Shown in pieces: positions 31,501 to 41,288 of a stretch of 64,000 nt of DNA. This DNA is from Vulcanimicrobiota bacterium (lineage in GTDB: Bacteria; Vulcanimicrobiota; Vulcanimicrobiia; Vulcanimicrobiales; Vulcanimicrobiaceae), in the NCBI GenBank assembly GCA_963714015.1, contig OY970223.1, forward strand, positions 1,984,001 to 2,048,000, in the 5' to 3' direction. A model generated the notes under the pieces. That model saw only the letters and a program-made list of their open reading frames with translations, had not been told where the DNA came from and did no database searches. A program made the translations under genes and the position numbers. How positions within the stretch are numbered: position 1 is the stretch's first letter; every line of letters starts with the position of its first letter.

Positions 31501-31985
31501 GGATTCCGGAGACGAATTTCGGTGCGGCGACGCCGCTTGGCGGTCCGCAAGGTCCGGGTAATCCGTACAACGCCTCGTACTTCGTCGATCCGGCAAATCC
31601 GGGGAACTATCTCTCGCCGAACATCGCCGCTTCACGCGGCTATCCGGAACCCGCGCTCCCCGGTAACGCGTTGACGAAGGCGCACGGAAGTCTGGATCTC
31701 GATCTCGAGTATTCACCGCCCAGCTCGCCCTGGACGATGGGCGCGTATATTTCGAACGTGTTCGACAACCACTACGGACTGTGGTATCCCAACCAGCAGT
31801 ACCAGCCTGTTGCAACCGGCGTGTCCGGTCCGCAAACGGGAACGTTCGCGAGCGCTTATCCAGGCACACCATTCTACCTCAACGGCGCTCGGGATAATTA
31901 TCTGGGAACGTATGCCAACGGTCCTTTCCAAGTGCCGTATAACGCAGGTACGACGTTCCAGTTCTATCTGCAGCGGAAAATCTAA
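28591..31985 (+). CDS. Large TonB-dependent receptor-like protein (about 7 frame breaks)
   Basis: SD AGGAG, signal peptide, carboxypeptidase-regulatory-like domain, plug (ITVRGS..YQYDGV..AGVINIV), barrel motifs (PRLAASYQL..LRFSYGRS), C-terminal FQFYLQRKI. Pieced together from ORFs 28591, 28835, 28635, 29245, 29623, 29669 and 30534. Confidence 0.82.
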
Positions 31986-32030
31986 GCGGCGCTCGTCGCT
32001 TCTGGGAGGGATGCGACACTCCACGCAAGC

Positions 32031-32060
32031 GATCCCGGGCTGGGCCGCCCGGGATCTTTT
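32031..32060 (+). terminator. Intrinsic terminator after the receptor gene
   Basis: GATCCCGGGC-tgggcc-GCCCGGGATC-TTTT. Confidence 0.8.
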
Positions 32061-32116
32061 GCGTCCGATTCAGTTAGAGGCTTAGTCAAGCCGCGTTTGG
32101 AATCTGGGCCGGACCC

Positions 32117-33313
32117 ATGACCGCCGCCATCTCTACCGACGACCTGCTCGACGGATTCGATCACGTTGAAACGCGACCCGAATTCGAAGCACGAGTTCGC
32201 GAAGGCAAACCGCTCACTGTAAAGCTCGGTCTGGATCCCACGAGTGCGGACCTGCACATCGGCCATGCCGTAGTGCTGCACAAGATGCAGCAGTTCGTGC
32301 AGGCCGGACACAACGTCATTCTGCTCATCGGCGACTTCACGGCCCGGATCGGCGATCCGTCGGGCCGAAACGAATTGCGTCCGCCGCTGACCGCCGAACA
32401 GATCGAAGCGAACATGAAAACGTACGCGGAGCAGGCCCACAAAGTGCTCGACATGGATCGCGTCAAGCTCGATTACAACTCCACGTGGCTGGGGCCGCTC
32501 ACCATGGCCGATTTGCTCCGCCTGCTCTCGAAGGTCACGGTGGCGCAGATGCTGGAGCGCGAGGACTTTCGCAAACGTTACTCCGCGGGCACGCCGATAT
32601 CGCTGCACGAGTTTCTGTATCCGGTTGCGCAGGCATACGACAGCGTGGCTCTTCGGGCCGACGTGGAGCTCGGCGGCAACGATCAGCTTTTCAACTTGCT
32701 GATGGGCCGGAATTATCAGCGCGAAGCCGGACAGCGAGAGCAGATCTGCATGACCGTTCCACTGCTGGTGGGACTCGACGGCGTCGACAAAATGTCCAAG
32801 TCGAAAAACAACTACGTCGGCTTGACCGAGCGGCCGGAGGATCAGTTCGGGAAGCTGATGCGCATCACGGACGAGATGATGCCCCTCTACGCGCGCCTCG
32901 CTGCGTTTCGATCGACGGCCCAGGTAAACGAGCTGACGCAAGGCTTGGCTGCCGGAAGCCTGCATCCGATGGACGAGAAGAAGCGAATCGCGCACGACGT
33001 CGTGGCGTTGTATCACGGTCCCGAAGCGGCGAATAAGGCGCGCGAGCATTTCGAGCGAACCGTGCAGCAGCGTCAAATCCCGGAGGAGATGCCGGAACTG
33101 CGTCTGGGTGAGGCTCGCCGCATTGCCGACGTGGTGGTCGCCGCCGGATTTGCCGAAAGCAAGCGCGCGGCCGAGCGACTTATCTCCGGGAACGGGGTAC
33201 GGGTCGATGGTACAATCGTCAGCGATCCGCGGGCGCTTTGGGACGCGGCTGCGCCTGCAGTGCTCTCGGTCGGATCCCGCAAATTCATCAAAGTGCTGCC
33301 AAACGAGAAGTAA
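32117..33313 (+). CDS. tyrS: Tyrosine--tRNA ligase
   Basis: GLDPTSADLHIGH, YPVAQAYD, GGNDQLFN, KMSKS, C-terminal S4 domain. Confidence 0.97.
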   Translation: MTAAISTDDLLDGFDHVETRPEFEARVREGKPLTVKLGLDPTSADLHIGHAVVLHKMQQFVQAGHNVILLIGDFTARIGDPSGRNELRPPLTAEQIEANMKTYAEQAHKVLDMDRVKLDYNSTWLGPLTMADLLRLLSKVTVAQMLEREDFRKRYSAGTPISLHEFLYPVAQAYDSVALRADVELGGNDQLFNLLMGRNYQREAGQREQICMTVPLLVGLDGVDKMSKSKNNYVGLTERPEDQFGKLMRITDEMMPLYARLAAFRSTAQVNELTQGLAAGSLHPMDEKKRIAHDVVALYHGPEAANKAREHFERTVQQRQIPEEMPELRLGEARRIADVVVAAGFAESKRAAERLISGNGVRVDGTIVSDPRALWDAAAPAVLSVGSRKFIKVLPNEK

Positions 33314-33317
33314 CATA

Positions 33318-33548
33318 ATGGCTGATCCAGCGGTAACGTACACGTCCTCGGCAAAACCGGTCGAGGGAAAGAAATTCGTCTGTAAGCGCTGCAAGCGTGT
33401 TTACAACTGGCCCGTCGATGCAGGGCCGCCGATTCGCTGCGAATGCGGATGGTGGTACGAAAACGATCACGGCACGATCAAAGAGCGCTATTGGCAGCGC
33501 ATCGAGCCGTATCGCGAGCCGCCTTCTACGCTTTTTTCAAACGACTAG
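33318..33548 (+). CDS. Small putative zinc-ribbon protein (76 aa)
   Basis: ATG 4 nt after the tyrS stop; CKRC..(15)..CECG. Confidence 0.65.
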   Translation: MADPAVTYTSSAKPVEGKKFVCKRCKRVYNWPVDAGPPIRCECGWWYENDHGTIKERYWQRIEPYREPPSTLFSND

Positions 33549-34416
33549 CGAGATCGGTCACCTCGTCCGAGGTGAACACGTACAACTTCTTGCAGAATTC
33601 GCACGTCGCCTCGGTTTCGGGGCGTTCGCGCGCCATCTTCTGAAGCTCGTCGCCGCCCAATCCTAGGAGTGCAGCTTCGACTTTCTCCCGCGTGCATCGG
33701 CATGCAAACCGCACGTCGATCGTGCGGTGCGAACGAAGTTCGACGCGGCCGGCCAGCGCGTGCAGGAGCGAATGCGCATCTGCGCCTTCGGCAATGAGTT
33801 TCGTGATGGGCGGCATTGCAAGCGCCCGTTTTTCCAGCCCCGCAACGGCGCGCTCGTCGGCCCCCGGCAGCACCTGCGCGATAACTCCGCCCGCCGCCTT
33901 AATTCCCTTCCGATCGGCGAGAACGCCCAGCGCCACGACGCTGGGAATTTGTTCGGAGTTGACGAGATAAGACGCGATGTCTTCGGCGATCTCGCCGCTC
34001 TGCAGCGGAACTACGCCGACGTAGGGCTGTCCGACTTCAAACGACTTCGTGACCTGCATCGAGCCCTCACCCACTGCCCCCGCTACGTCGAATTTGCCGC
34101 GCTTGTTCAGCGGGAGATCGACCTCGGAGACTTTGGCATAACCGCGCGCGCCGATCCGTTCGCCGTCGATCAGCCAGGCGTCGGCAACAACGCCGCGCAG
34201 CGGACCGTTGCCGGAGATCTGCAGCGAGATCCGCTCCTTGCCTTTCAAGCTCGCGCCCAGAAGTGCGGTACCGGTCAGCAAACGCCCCACAGCGGCCGCG
34301 GCAGTAGGGGCGAGCTCGTGCCGGCGCTGTGCCTCCGTGACCAACTCCGTCGTGACGCCGGCAACGAGTGCGAAGCCCGCGTCCGGTGCGGAGGCGCTGA
34401 TAATCAGGTCGGGCAT
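33526..34416 (-). CDS. hslO: Redox-regulated chaperone Hsp33
   Basis: YLVNSEQIPS and the zinc motif CRC..CEFC. Confidence 0.95.
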   Translation of the reverse strand: MPDLIISASAPDAGFALVAGVTTELVTEAQRRHELAPTAAAAVGRLLTGTALLGASLKGKERISLQISGNGPLRGVVADAWLIDGERIGARGYAKVSEVDLPLNKRGKFDVAGAVGEGSMQVTKSFEVGQPYVGVVPLQSGEIAEDIASYLVNSEQIPSVVALGVLADRKGIKAAGGVIAQVLPGADERAVAGLEKRALAMPPITKLIAEGADAHSLLHALAGRVELRSHRTIDVRFACRCTREKVEAALLGLGGDELQKMARERPETEATCEFCKKLYVFTSDEVTDLASRLKKA

Positions 34417-34466
34417 ACGCCGGTGTTACCCCAGGGGCCCCGGTTTCCCCCTGCGAACCGCAAGGC

Positions 34467-34919
34467 ATGCGAGTGCTCGTCATTCACGGTCCGAATTTGA
34501 ATTTGCTCGGCGAACGCGAACCGGAGATCTACGGAACTCAAACGCTCGCGCAGATCGACGAGCTGTTGCGGAAATCCGCGCAAGAACTCGAGGTCGAGGT
34601 GCGCTGCGTTCAGCACAACGGCGAAGGGGCGATCGTCGACGAACTTCATGCGGCCGGAAGTACGTTTGACGCCGTCGTGATCAATCCGGGCGCGTACGCG
34701 CATTACTCTTATGCGATTGCCGATGCCGTCAAGGCGATCGGAATACCGGTGATCGAAGCGCATCTGAGCAACATTGCGGCGCGCGAAGAGTTTCGGCGCA
34801 CGAGCGTCGTGGCGCCGGCGTGCGCCGGGACAGTCGCGGGCTTCGGCGCGAATTCGTACTTGCTGGCGTTGCGAGGAGCGTGTGAGGCTGCGCGAACGCA
34901 AAAACAAAAACGCCAATAA
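34467..34919 (+). CDS. aroQ: Type II 3-dehydroquinate dehydratase
   Basis: HGPNLNLLGEREPEIYG, INPGAYAH, EAHLSNI..REEFR. Confidence 0.96.
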   Translation: MRVLVIHGPNLNLLGEREPEIYGTQTLAQIDELLRKSAQELEVEVRCVQHNGEGAIVDELHAAGSTFDAVVINPGAYAHYSYAIADAVKAIGIPVIEAHLSNIAAREEFRRTSVVAPACAGTVAGFGANSYLLALRGACEAARTQKQKRQ

Positions 34920-35034
34920 CGACAAGGTATTTTCACCCTCAGGCGGGGAGGAGGCACGCGCGCGTTCTCGTATGTTCCCCTGCCTGGCCGCACCACCCCG
35001 CCTGGATTTCGATCGCCGCCAGAGGAGCAGTTCC

Positions 35035-35343
35035 TTGACGAAAGCTGACATCGTCGACACAGTCGCCGTTGAGGCGTCGATCACCAAACGACTAGCGGGA
35101 GTCATCATGGAGCTCATCCTAGAGGAAATTCGCGTCGCGCTGCAGCGCGGCGACCGCGTTGCGCTCACGCCGTTCGGCAGTTTCGTCGTACGTCACCGCA
35201 AAGCACGCGAAGGCCGCAATCCGAAAACGGGCGCGACCATAAAAATTCCGGCACGTAAAGTCCCGGCATTCGTTCCGGGCAGGGGCTTGAAAGAAGCGAT
35301 AAGCGGAAAACGGAACGCAAAAAAAGGCAACGCTTCACGCTAA
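35035..35343 (+). CDS. hup: HU family nucleoid-associated protein
   Basis: TTG start after AGGAG; TKADIV..FGSF..RKAREGRNPKTG..IPARKVPAF. Confidence 0.93.
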   Translation: MTKADIVDTVAVEASITKRLAGVIMELILEEIRVALQRGDRVALTPFGSFVVRHRKAREGRNPKTGATIKIPARKVPAFVPGRGLKEAISGKRNAKKGNASR

Positions 35344-35358
35344 AACAACCCCATTAAA

Positions 35359-35394
35359 AAAAGAATCCGCAGGAAAAGCACTGCGGATTCTTTT
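35359..35394. terminator. Bidirectional intrinsic terminator between hup and tRNA-Pro
   Basis: AAAAGAATCCGCAG-8nt-CTGCGGATTCTTTT with flanking A and T runs. Confidence 0.85.
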
Positions 35395-35398
35395 GCTC

Positions 35399-35476
35399 TG
35401 GTCGGGCTGACAAGATTCGAACTTGCGACCTCTTGACCCCCAGTCAAGCGCGCTAACCAAACTGCGCCACAGCCCG
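35399..35476 (-). tRNA. tRNA-Pro (GGG)
   Basis: CGGGCTG acceptor stem, D-arm GCGCAGTTTGGTTAGCGC, anticodon arm CTTGA-CTGGGGG-TCAAG, T-loop GTTCGAATC, encoded CCA. Confidence 0.97.
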
Positions 35477-35574
35477 GCATTTTCGGGGGCGGCTCACCTT
35501 TGCCGAGGGGGCGGGCTTTCTCCTTTTTGACGGTACGCGCGGCTGCGTTCTCGAAGAAGCGTTTGGAGGTTGAT

Positions 35575-36117
35575 ATGAACGCTGAAATCATTTCGTCTGC
35601 AGCCTCAGTCGGCGTTGCATTGATTGCGCTGGTGTTCACCACGTTGCTGCTGGCAAGGCAAGTGCGGCAAATGGAGCACGAACGCAACGCACTCGCCATC
35701 CTGGAGGCCATCGAGCGACTGACCGACCCGCGCGTGGTGGAGATATTCACGCGGCTGCGCGGGATAGACGAGCGTTATCCGACGGACCAGGATATTTTGG
35801 CGAAGTATCCCGAGTCGCAAGACGATTGGGATTTGAACGCCGTGGCTGCATTCATTGAAACGCTGGCGTGCTTGGCACGGCGCCGCGTACTCGACCCATC
35901 GCTCCTGGTCGATGCGGCCGGCCTGGCAATCCGCCGCCGTTGGGACACGATTCGCGACTTTGTCGAGCGGCGGCGCAAACTCGAGAAGAATGAGTACATC
36001 TTCGAGAATTTCGAATGGCTGGCAATGTACAGCGCTTGGTGGAAAGACACGCCGCGTCCGGCGGGCGCGCGCAATTATCGCCCCAGGCAATTTGCCGGCA
36101 TAGCATTCAGGGTTTAG
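35575..36117 (+). CDS. DUF4760-like membrane-anchored hypothetical protein
   Basis: SD GGAGG; N-terminal TM followed by RQ, FIETLA..V, YIFENFEWLA. Confidence 0.7.
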   Translation: MNAEIISSAASVGVALIALVFTTLLLARQVRQMEHERNALAILEAIERLTDPRVVEIFTRLRGIDERYPTDQDILAKYPESQDDWDLNAVAAFIETLACLARRRVLDPSLLVDAAGLAIRRRWDTIRDFVERRRKLEKNEYIFENFEWLAMYSAWWKDTPRPAGARNYRPRQFAGIAFRV

Positions 36118-36181
36118 GGGCGCTTTCACGGCCGGTAGCGGGACCATGACCTGGGACCGGCCGCACCGAATGGGAGGCGCG

Positions 36182-36610
36182 ATGGAACCGCTCTTTGCCG
36201 CGCCGGTCGCCGAAGCGACGCTCTTTGCCGATGGCGGATCGCGTGGAAATCCCGGCCCTGCCGCTTCCGGAGCGGTGTTGCTGGCGCCTGACGGCACGGT
36301 GATTCGAGAGATCGGCGAATATTTGGGCCGCGCCACCAATAACGTGGCGGAATGGACTGCCCTTGCGCTGGGACTGCAAGCGGCGCTCGACGAGGGCATG
36401 CGCAACTTAGCCGTTCGTCTCGACAGCGAACTCGTCGTCAAGCAACTCAGTGGAGAGTATCGCGTCAAGCATCCGGACTTGCAGCCGCTCTACCAGCGCG
36501 TGCGCGGTCTGATCCGCCGGTTCGATCACGTCGACGTGCGTCACGTGAGGCGAAAAGAGAACGCGCTTGCCGATGCAGTGGTGAACCGGGTGCTGGATGC
36601 GTCGCAATAA
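36182..36610 (+). CDS. rnhA: Ribonuclease HI
   Basis: ADGGSRGNPGPAASG, TNNVAEW, DSELVVKQL, HVRRKENALAD. Confidence 0.92.
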   Translation: MEPLFAAPVAEATLFADGGSRGNPGPAASGAVLLAPDGTVIREIGEYLGRATNNVAEWTALALGLQAALDEGMRNLAVRLDSELVVKQLSGEYRVKHPDLQPLYQRVRGLIRRFDHVDVRHVRRKENALADAVVNRVLDASQ

Positions 36611-37250
36611 CTGGTTCGGGACGGCGATCTTCGTGTTCGCCGTACTGTTCATAATCGGCGGACTGTTTTTGAAGTGGCCGGACTTTGCGCACAAACAGCA
36701 AGTCGAACGCGTGCTGCACGGACAAAGCGTGCTGGACGTCGGCATGACGATCAAGTATTCGAAACCGCCGATTTATCTGGAGCAGTGGACGATGCGGGAC
36801 GACAACGGGGTCTCGACGGCGCAGTATCGCGTGCAGGGCTACTCAGGAAAACTGGTGACGATTACCCTCCCTAAACAGAAGACCTACGACGTGAGCTTCT
36901 TTTTTCAGCAAGTCGTGCTCGAAGGCATTTGGGATTTGACCAATAGGCCCGCCGCCGGCGACACGAATGCGATCTACACGCTGTACATTCATCAAGTGGC
37001 TGACCAGAAGCAGGGTTCGCGGACGATCGTCTTTACCGATCCGCACTACTGGGCGACGACCGCCGGCCGGCAGTACACGATCGAACTCAATCCGCATAGC
37101 CCTACGCCGCAAGACTTGACCAAGTTGAACAGCACGACGCTGGCCGATCCCCGGTACGAGACCATCGTGCAGGAATTCCGCAAGTTCGGCACGCCTTCGT
37201 TCCGCGCGCAGGTCGCGCAGGCGCGAAAGCTGGTCGCGGCCTCGCATTAG
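36597..37250 (+). CDS. Hypothetical membrane-anchored protein
   Basis: N-terminal TM; operonic overlap with rnhA. Confidence 0.75.
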   Translation: MRRNNWFGTAIFVFAVLFIIGGLFLKWPDFAHKQQVERVLHGQSVLDVGMTIKYSKPPIYLEQWTMRDDNGVSTAQYRVQGYSGKLVTITLPKQKTYDVSFFFQQVVLEGIWDLTNRPAAGDTNAIYTLYIHQVADQKQGSRTIVFTDPHYWATTAGRQYTIELNPHSPTPQDLTKLNSTTLADPRYETIVQEFRKFGTPSFRAQVAQARKLVAASH

Positions 37251-37254
37251 AGCG

Positions 37255-38043
37255 GTGCTTCGAGCAGCGCTTCGCTTCTCGGTCTGTTGCGCGGCTCTGG
37301 CGGTTTTCGGCTTTGCCGTCTACGAAGTTGCGGAGCAGCCGACGAATCAGATCTTCGGCCGCACGATTACGGGAGGCCCGAGCAACAAGCGAGTCGTCGC
37401 GCTGACGTTCGACGACGGCCCCAATTCTCCGTACACGGAACGGATCCTGAACGTGTTGGAGCAGGAACACGTGCGCGCGACGTTCTTCGTGGTCGGAAGA
37501 GCGGTGCAGTCTTATCCGTGGGTCGTGCGCAGGGAGGTGCGGGACGGCGACGCGATTGGCAACCACACCTGGTCTCACGGGCATCTCATCGTCATGAGCT
37601 TGGACCAAGTGCGCGGTTCCCTGAAGCGCACGGATGCGGCAATTTACAAGGCTGCGGGAATCCACACCAAGATCATGCGTCCACCCTTTGGATCGCGAGA
37701 CTGGATCGTCATGCAAGCCGCCAAGGACTTGGGTTATAGCGTCGTGATGTGGTCCGTTCCGCTGGCGCGCGACTGGGAGTATCCGCCTGCGTCCGTCATC
37801 GCACAGCGGATATTACCGTACGTTACCGACGGATCGATTATCGTGCTGCACGACGGAAATCGTGGGGAACTCTGCTCGCGCGACCGTCTGAATCCGCGAG
37901 TCTGCGATCGGCGCAGCGACATCGAAGCAACCCGTTTGATCGTTCAAACGCTCAAACTTAAAGGATATCGTTTTGTCACGGTTCCGCAGCTCATTGCGCT
38001 CGGGCGGGCGCCTAACCGTACATCCGCCCCCGAAAGCGAATGA
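37255..38043 (+). CDS. Polysaccharide deacetylase (CE4/NodB)
   Basis: ALTFDDGP, GNHTWSH, RPPFG, IIVLHDG. Confidence 0.93.
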   Translation: MLRAALRFSVCCAALAVFGFAVYEVAEQPTNQIFGRTITGGPSNKRVVALTFDDGPNSPYTERILNVLEQEHVRATFFVVGRAVQSYPWVVRREVRDGDAIGNHTWSHGHLIVMSLDQVRGSLKRTDAAIYKAAGIHTKIMRPPFGSRDWIVMQAAKDLGYSVVMWSVPLARDWEYPPASVIAQRILPYVTDGSIIVLHDGNRGELCSRDRLNPRVCDRRSDIEATRLIVQTLKLKGYRFVTVPQLIALGRAPNRTSAPESE

Positions 38044-38347
38044 ACCCGTCTTGATGACGGCCGCCCGGATCGTGATGCGTCCAGTGCACGATCGGCAGTT
38101 TGCCGGGATCGTGAACCATTTCGCCGCGAATCTGAATCGGTTGTCCCGGTTTGACCGGTATGCGCGGTGCGATGCCGACGTTGTCGATCACGTCGACCGG
38201 TCCGCTGGATGTCTGCACCGAAAATTCTTCGTGCTCGCACTTCGTGCGTTTTCCGTAAAAGAAACGCGGTTCGCTCGTTACCGTTGCATCGAACGTCACC
38301 TCGCACGGCTGCCGCGCGGAATAGGCGCTTTGCAAGTTCATGCGCAT
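38012..38347 (-). CDS. DUF3465-like OB-fold hypothetical protein (start uncertain)
   Basis: HEEF..DNVGIAPRIP..G..IRGE..VHWTHHDP..HQDGFI. Confidence 0.7.
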   Translation of the reverse strand: MRMNLQSAYSARQPCEVTFDATVTSEPRFFYGKRTKCEHEEFSVQTSSGPVDVIDNVGIAPRIPVKPGQPIQIRGEMVHDPGKLPIVHWTHHDPGGRHQDGFIRFRGRMYG

Positions 38348-38382
38348 CGTTCACGACGCTTCGTGGTACCATAAAGCTGTAG

Positions 38383-38952
38383 ATGAGAATGCTGCGAACA
38401 TCCCGGCTTCGGCTGGTTCCCGTCACGGTGCAAAACGCCGGAGCACTGTGGACGGTCTTGCAGCAGCCGGACCTGCGCACGTACCAGGATCTGCCCAGCG
38501 TGGGGTCCGCCGCTTTTGCCGAAATGGTAGCCAAGCGGCCGAGGACGCTTCGGCCCGGCTCGAGCGGGCGGTTTGAATGGCTCGTTTATATGGAGCGGGT
38601 GCGCAAGCCGGCGGGTTGGGTTTCCCTTCGCATCGCTGACCGCGAGCCCGGAGCCGGAGAGATCGGATACAGCATCGTCAAAGAATTTCGCCGTCGCGGT
38701 ATTGCGACTGAAGCGGTGCGCGCTCTCATGGAGGAGGCTTTCGAAAGTGCCGGCCTGGCACGGCTCAACGCCTATTGCGTCCCTGAAAACCTGGCCTCGC
38801 GACGGGTTCTCGAAAGTGCGGGTTTTCTTTACGACGGCATCTTGCCGCACGGCGCCACGGTGAGCGGCCATCCGGTCGACGTCCTCATGCATCGTTTGGA
38901 GCGCGAGCGATGGACTCAGTCCGGAAAAACGATCGTAATGCCGGCGTCCTGA
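38383..38952 (+). CDS. RimJ/RimL-type GNAT N-acetyltransferase
   Basis: LRTSRLRL, EIGYSI..RRRGIATEA, NLASRRVLE..GF. Confidence 0.9.
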   Translation: MRMLRTSRLRLVPVTVQNAGALWTVLQQPDLRTYQDLPSVGSAAFAEMVAKRPRTLRPGSSGRFEWLVYMERVRKPAGWVSLRIADREPGAGEIGYSIVKEFRRRGIATEAVRALMEEAFESAGLARLNAYCVPENLASRRVLESAGFLYDGILPHGATVSGHPVDVLMHRLERERWTQSGKTIVMPAS

Positions 38953-39371
38953 TAGCCCGAATATCGCGGCGACGCGCCGTTCAAAAAGGCGAGCAGCGGC
39001 TCGCGGACGACTGCAACGGTGATGTGATTCGCAAGTGCGTCGACCGAGATCCACGCGGCTTCCGCGACGTGATCGCCTTCGACCTGCGGCGTTTGCGGCT
39101 CGCCGGCCGCGTCGACGGCAAAGGTGAAGTTCGTAAAATGCGTAGAGCCGTCATACGATTCGCTGACGTATGCGAGCTCGCGAACCACTCCCTGCAGTCC
39201 GGTTTCTTCATGAAGTTCGCGCAACGCGGCGGCCGCCAGCAGTTCGCCGTCCTTTTGCCGTCCGCCCGGTAAATTCCAAAGCGGCCGCGGATGATTTGGA
39301 TACCGCGAGGCTACCAGGAGCACGGCGCCGGATCTGCGCACCAGCGCCGTTGCAAGGTGAATGCAGCTCAT
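38916..39371 (-). CDS. NUDIX hydrolase
   Basis: Nudix box PGGRQKDGE..AALRELHEETGL. Confidence 0.9.
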   Translation of the reverse strand: MSCIHLATALVRRSGAVLLVASRYPNHPRPLWNLPGGRQKDGELLAAAALRELHEETGLQGVVRELAYVSESYDGSTHFTNFTFAVDAAGEPQTPQVEGDHVAEAAWISVDALANHITVAVVREPLLAFLNGASPRYSGYQDAGITIVFPD

Positions 39372-40360
39372 TTGCGTGAAACCAAGGATTTGAAAACTTC
39401 CGCGTGACGGCGCGCGCTTTCATCCCAGTTGTATCTGCCGATCCACGCCAACCCTGCGGTGCGCATCTGCGCGCGTAAGTCTTGCTGCGATGCGATTTGC
39501 CGCAGCAAAGCCGCCCACGCTTGCGGGTCGTCAGGCGGCGCATAAAGCGCCGCGTCTCCGCAGACTTCGGGCAGACAACTCGCGCGTGCCGACAATACCG
39601 GCGTTCCGCAAGCCATCGCCTCGATGGCCGGCATGCCGTAGCCCTCGTAATAGGAGGGAACGCACAGCGCGAGCGCTCCGCGATAGAGCTCCCGCAGCTG
39701 GTCGTCGGTGATTGCCGGATTCGGTGGACCGACGATCGTCAATGCCGGTCCGCCGCCGTTGAACGCGCGCTCGTGGGCCGCGCGCAGAACGGAAAAGTTT
39801 TTGCGATGCTCCGCCGGATCGCCCACAAAGAGAAAATACGGCTTGTCGCGGACTTCAAGGTTGCCGCCGGGAATGAAGAACGGATCGACGCCGTGGTGGA
39901 TCACGTCGACCCGCTCTTGCGGGAAACCGAAGATGTCGCAGATCTCGTCACGGCCGAACGCCGAAACCGCAATCACGCGCGACGCGCTCGCGATAGATCG
40001 CAGAAACGGGTCTTGCTGGTGTTTGCGCTTTGCGGAATCCGGATCGGGATAGCGGAACGGGACGGCGTCATGGATGGTGACGGCGGCCGGCAGAGCGCTT
40101 TGGAAGAAGGTTCCGTTTCCCGGATGCCAGACCGCGTCACATCTGCGCGGGGCCGAACTCATGCGAAAGTCCTCGCTGTCGATACTCTGCGCAAGCCGCT
40201 TTCGCTGCAGAAACGGAAACGGTCCGTGGGCGAGCAGCGTCAGATCGACGTCTTCGTCTTGCGCGATGCGCCGCAGGACTGCGCGCGCGTAGCGGCCGAT
40301 ACCACGTACGTCCGTTGCGAGATCCCGCGCATCGACGGCAAGCCGCAAACGACCCTTCAT
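39368..40360 (-). CDS. Glycosyltransferase family 4 (GT-B)
   Basis: GIGRY, TIHD, IAVS, PSYYEGYGMPAIEAMACGTPV. Confidence 0.92.
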   Translation of the reverse strand: MKGRLRLAVDARDLATDVRGIGRYARAVLRRIAQDEDVDLTLLAHGPFPFLQRKRLAQSIDSEDFRMSSAPRRCDAVWHPGNGTFFQSALPAAVTIHDAVPFRYPDPDSAKRKHQQDPFLRSIASASRVIAVSAFGRDEICDIFGFPQERVDVIHHGVDPFFIPGGNLEVRDKPYFLFVGDPAEHRKNFSVLRAAHERAFNGGGPALTIVGPPNPAITDDQLRELYRGALALCVPSYYEGYGMPAIEAMACGTPVLSARASCLPEVCGDAALYAPPDDPQAWAALLRQIASQQDLRAQMRTAGLAWIGRYNWDESARRHAEVFKSLVSRK

Positions 40361-40373
40361 GAGGAACATCACC

Positions 40374-41288
40374 TTGGCCCGGAAGAACGCGAACCCTCTA
40401 CCGCGCATCGCTGCGCACTTGATCGTCGGTCCGCGCGAAGAGCCGTTTCTTCCGGCATTGCTGGAGTCGATCGCGGACGCGTGCGCGACGGCGATCGTCA
40501 ACGACAACTCGCCGGAGCCCTCGCCCCACGCCGATATTTTGCGGCAAAGCCGTTTCGCGCGTGAAGGCCGCATGCTACTGGACCGCACGCCGTTCGTTGA
40601 CTTCGCGACTGCGCGCAACGTTTGTTTGCGGCTCCACGCGCACCATGATGCCGGCGAGTGGGCGGCATTCGTAGACGCAGATGAAGTGCACGGGACGGGC
40701 GTGAACCGCATTGCGCGCAACCTCAATCGAGCCGCCGAGGACGTTGCAGTCGTCGAAGGCTACACTTGGCACTTCTTCGCGTCATTCGATTGGTATATGT
40801 CGATCGAGCGCCGTATGTCGTTCTTTCGCGTCACGCCGCAGCTGCGGTGGGAGGGTGCAGTGCACGAGCAACTGCTCCACATCGGGGGCCGGCGTCTCGT
40901 TCTGCCGTACGTATACGCGCACTATGGATGGGTGATGCCGGTACGGCACCATGCAGAAAAAGGCCGGCAATACCTCAGTTTGGGTGCGCCGGGACGAGTC
41001 TTGGCGCAGAACGAGCTCGACACGGTGGGATTGGAGGATTACTACGAGTTCGCGCACCGCTGGCAGTACGCGCTGCGCTTTCGTGCACGGCATCCGCCCG
41101 CCGCGGCACCGGTCATCGCTCGCATGAAAAGCGGGCGCGCGGCCGAATTCACATTAGCCGATCGCCTCGTCGCCCGCAGTCAAGGTCCGGCGCAGCGCCT
41201 ACGCAACGCCGCGATGAAACTCAACTACGAGCAGCGCTGGCGCACGCGCGCGATCAACCCGAAAGCGTGGCCGTTGCTCGTGCGATAG
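40374..41288 (+). CDS. Glycosyltransferase family 2-like
   Basis: DFATARN, FVDADE (DxD), WEGAVHEQL, HYG. Start uncertain (TTG 40374 after GAGGA). Confidence 0.8.
   Translation: MARKNANPLPRIAAHLIVGPREEPFLPALLESIADACATAIVNDNSPEPSPHADILRQSRFAREGRMLLDRTPFVDFATARNVCLRLHAHHDAGEWAAFVDADEVHGTGVNRIARNLNRAAEDVAVVEGYTWHFFASFDWYMSIERRMSFFRVTPQLRWEGAVHEQLLHIGGRRLVLPYVYAHYGWVMPVRHHAEKGRQYLSLGAPGRVLAQNELDTVGLEDYYEFAHRWQYALRFRARHPPAAAPVIARMKSGRAAEFTLADRLVARSQGPAQRLRNAAMKLNYEQRWRTRAINPKAWPLLVR

Noticed and set aside
35399..36117. tRNA-Pro as an island integration site
   Set aside because: No integrase, no duplicated tRNA 3' end, and the flanks are housekeeping genes.
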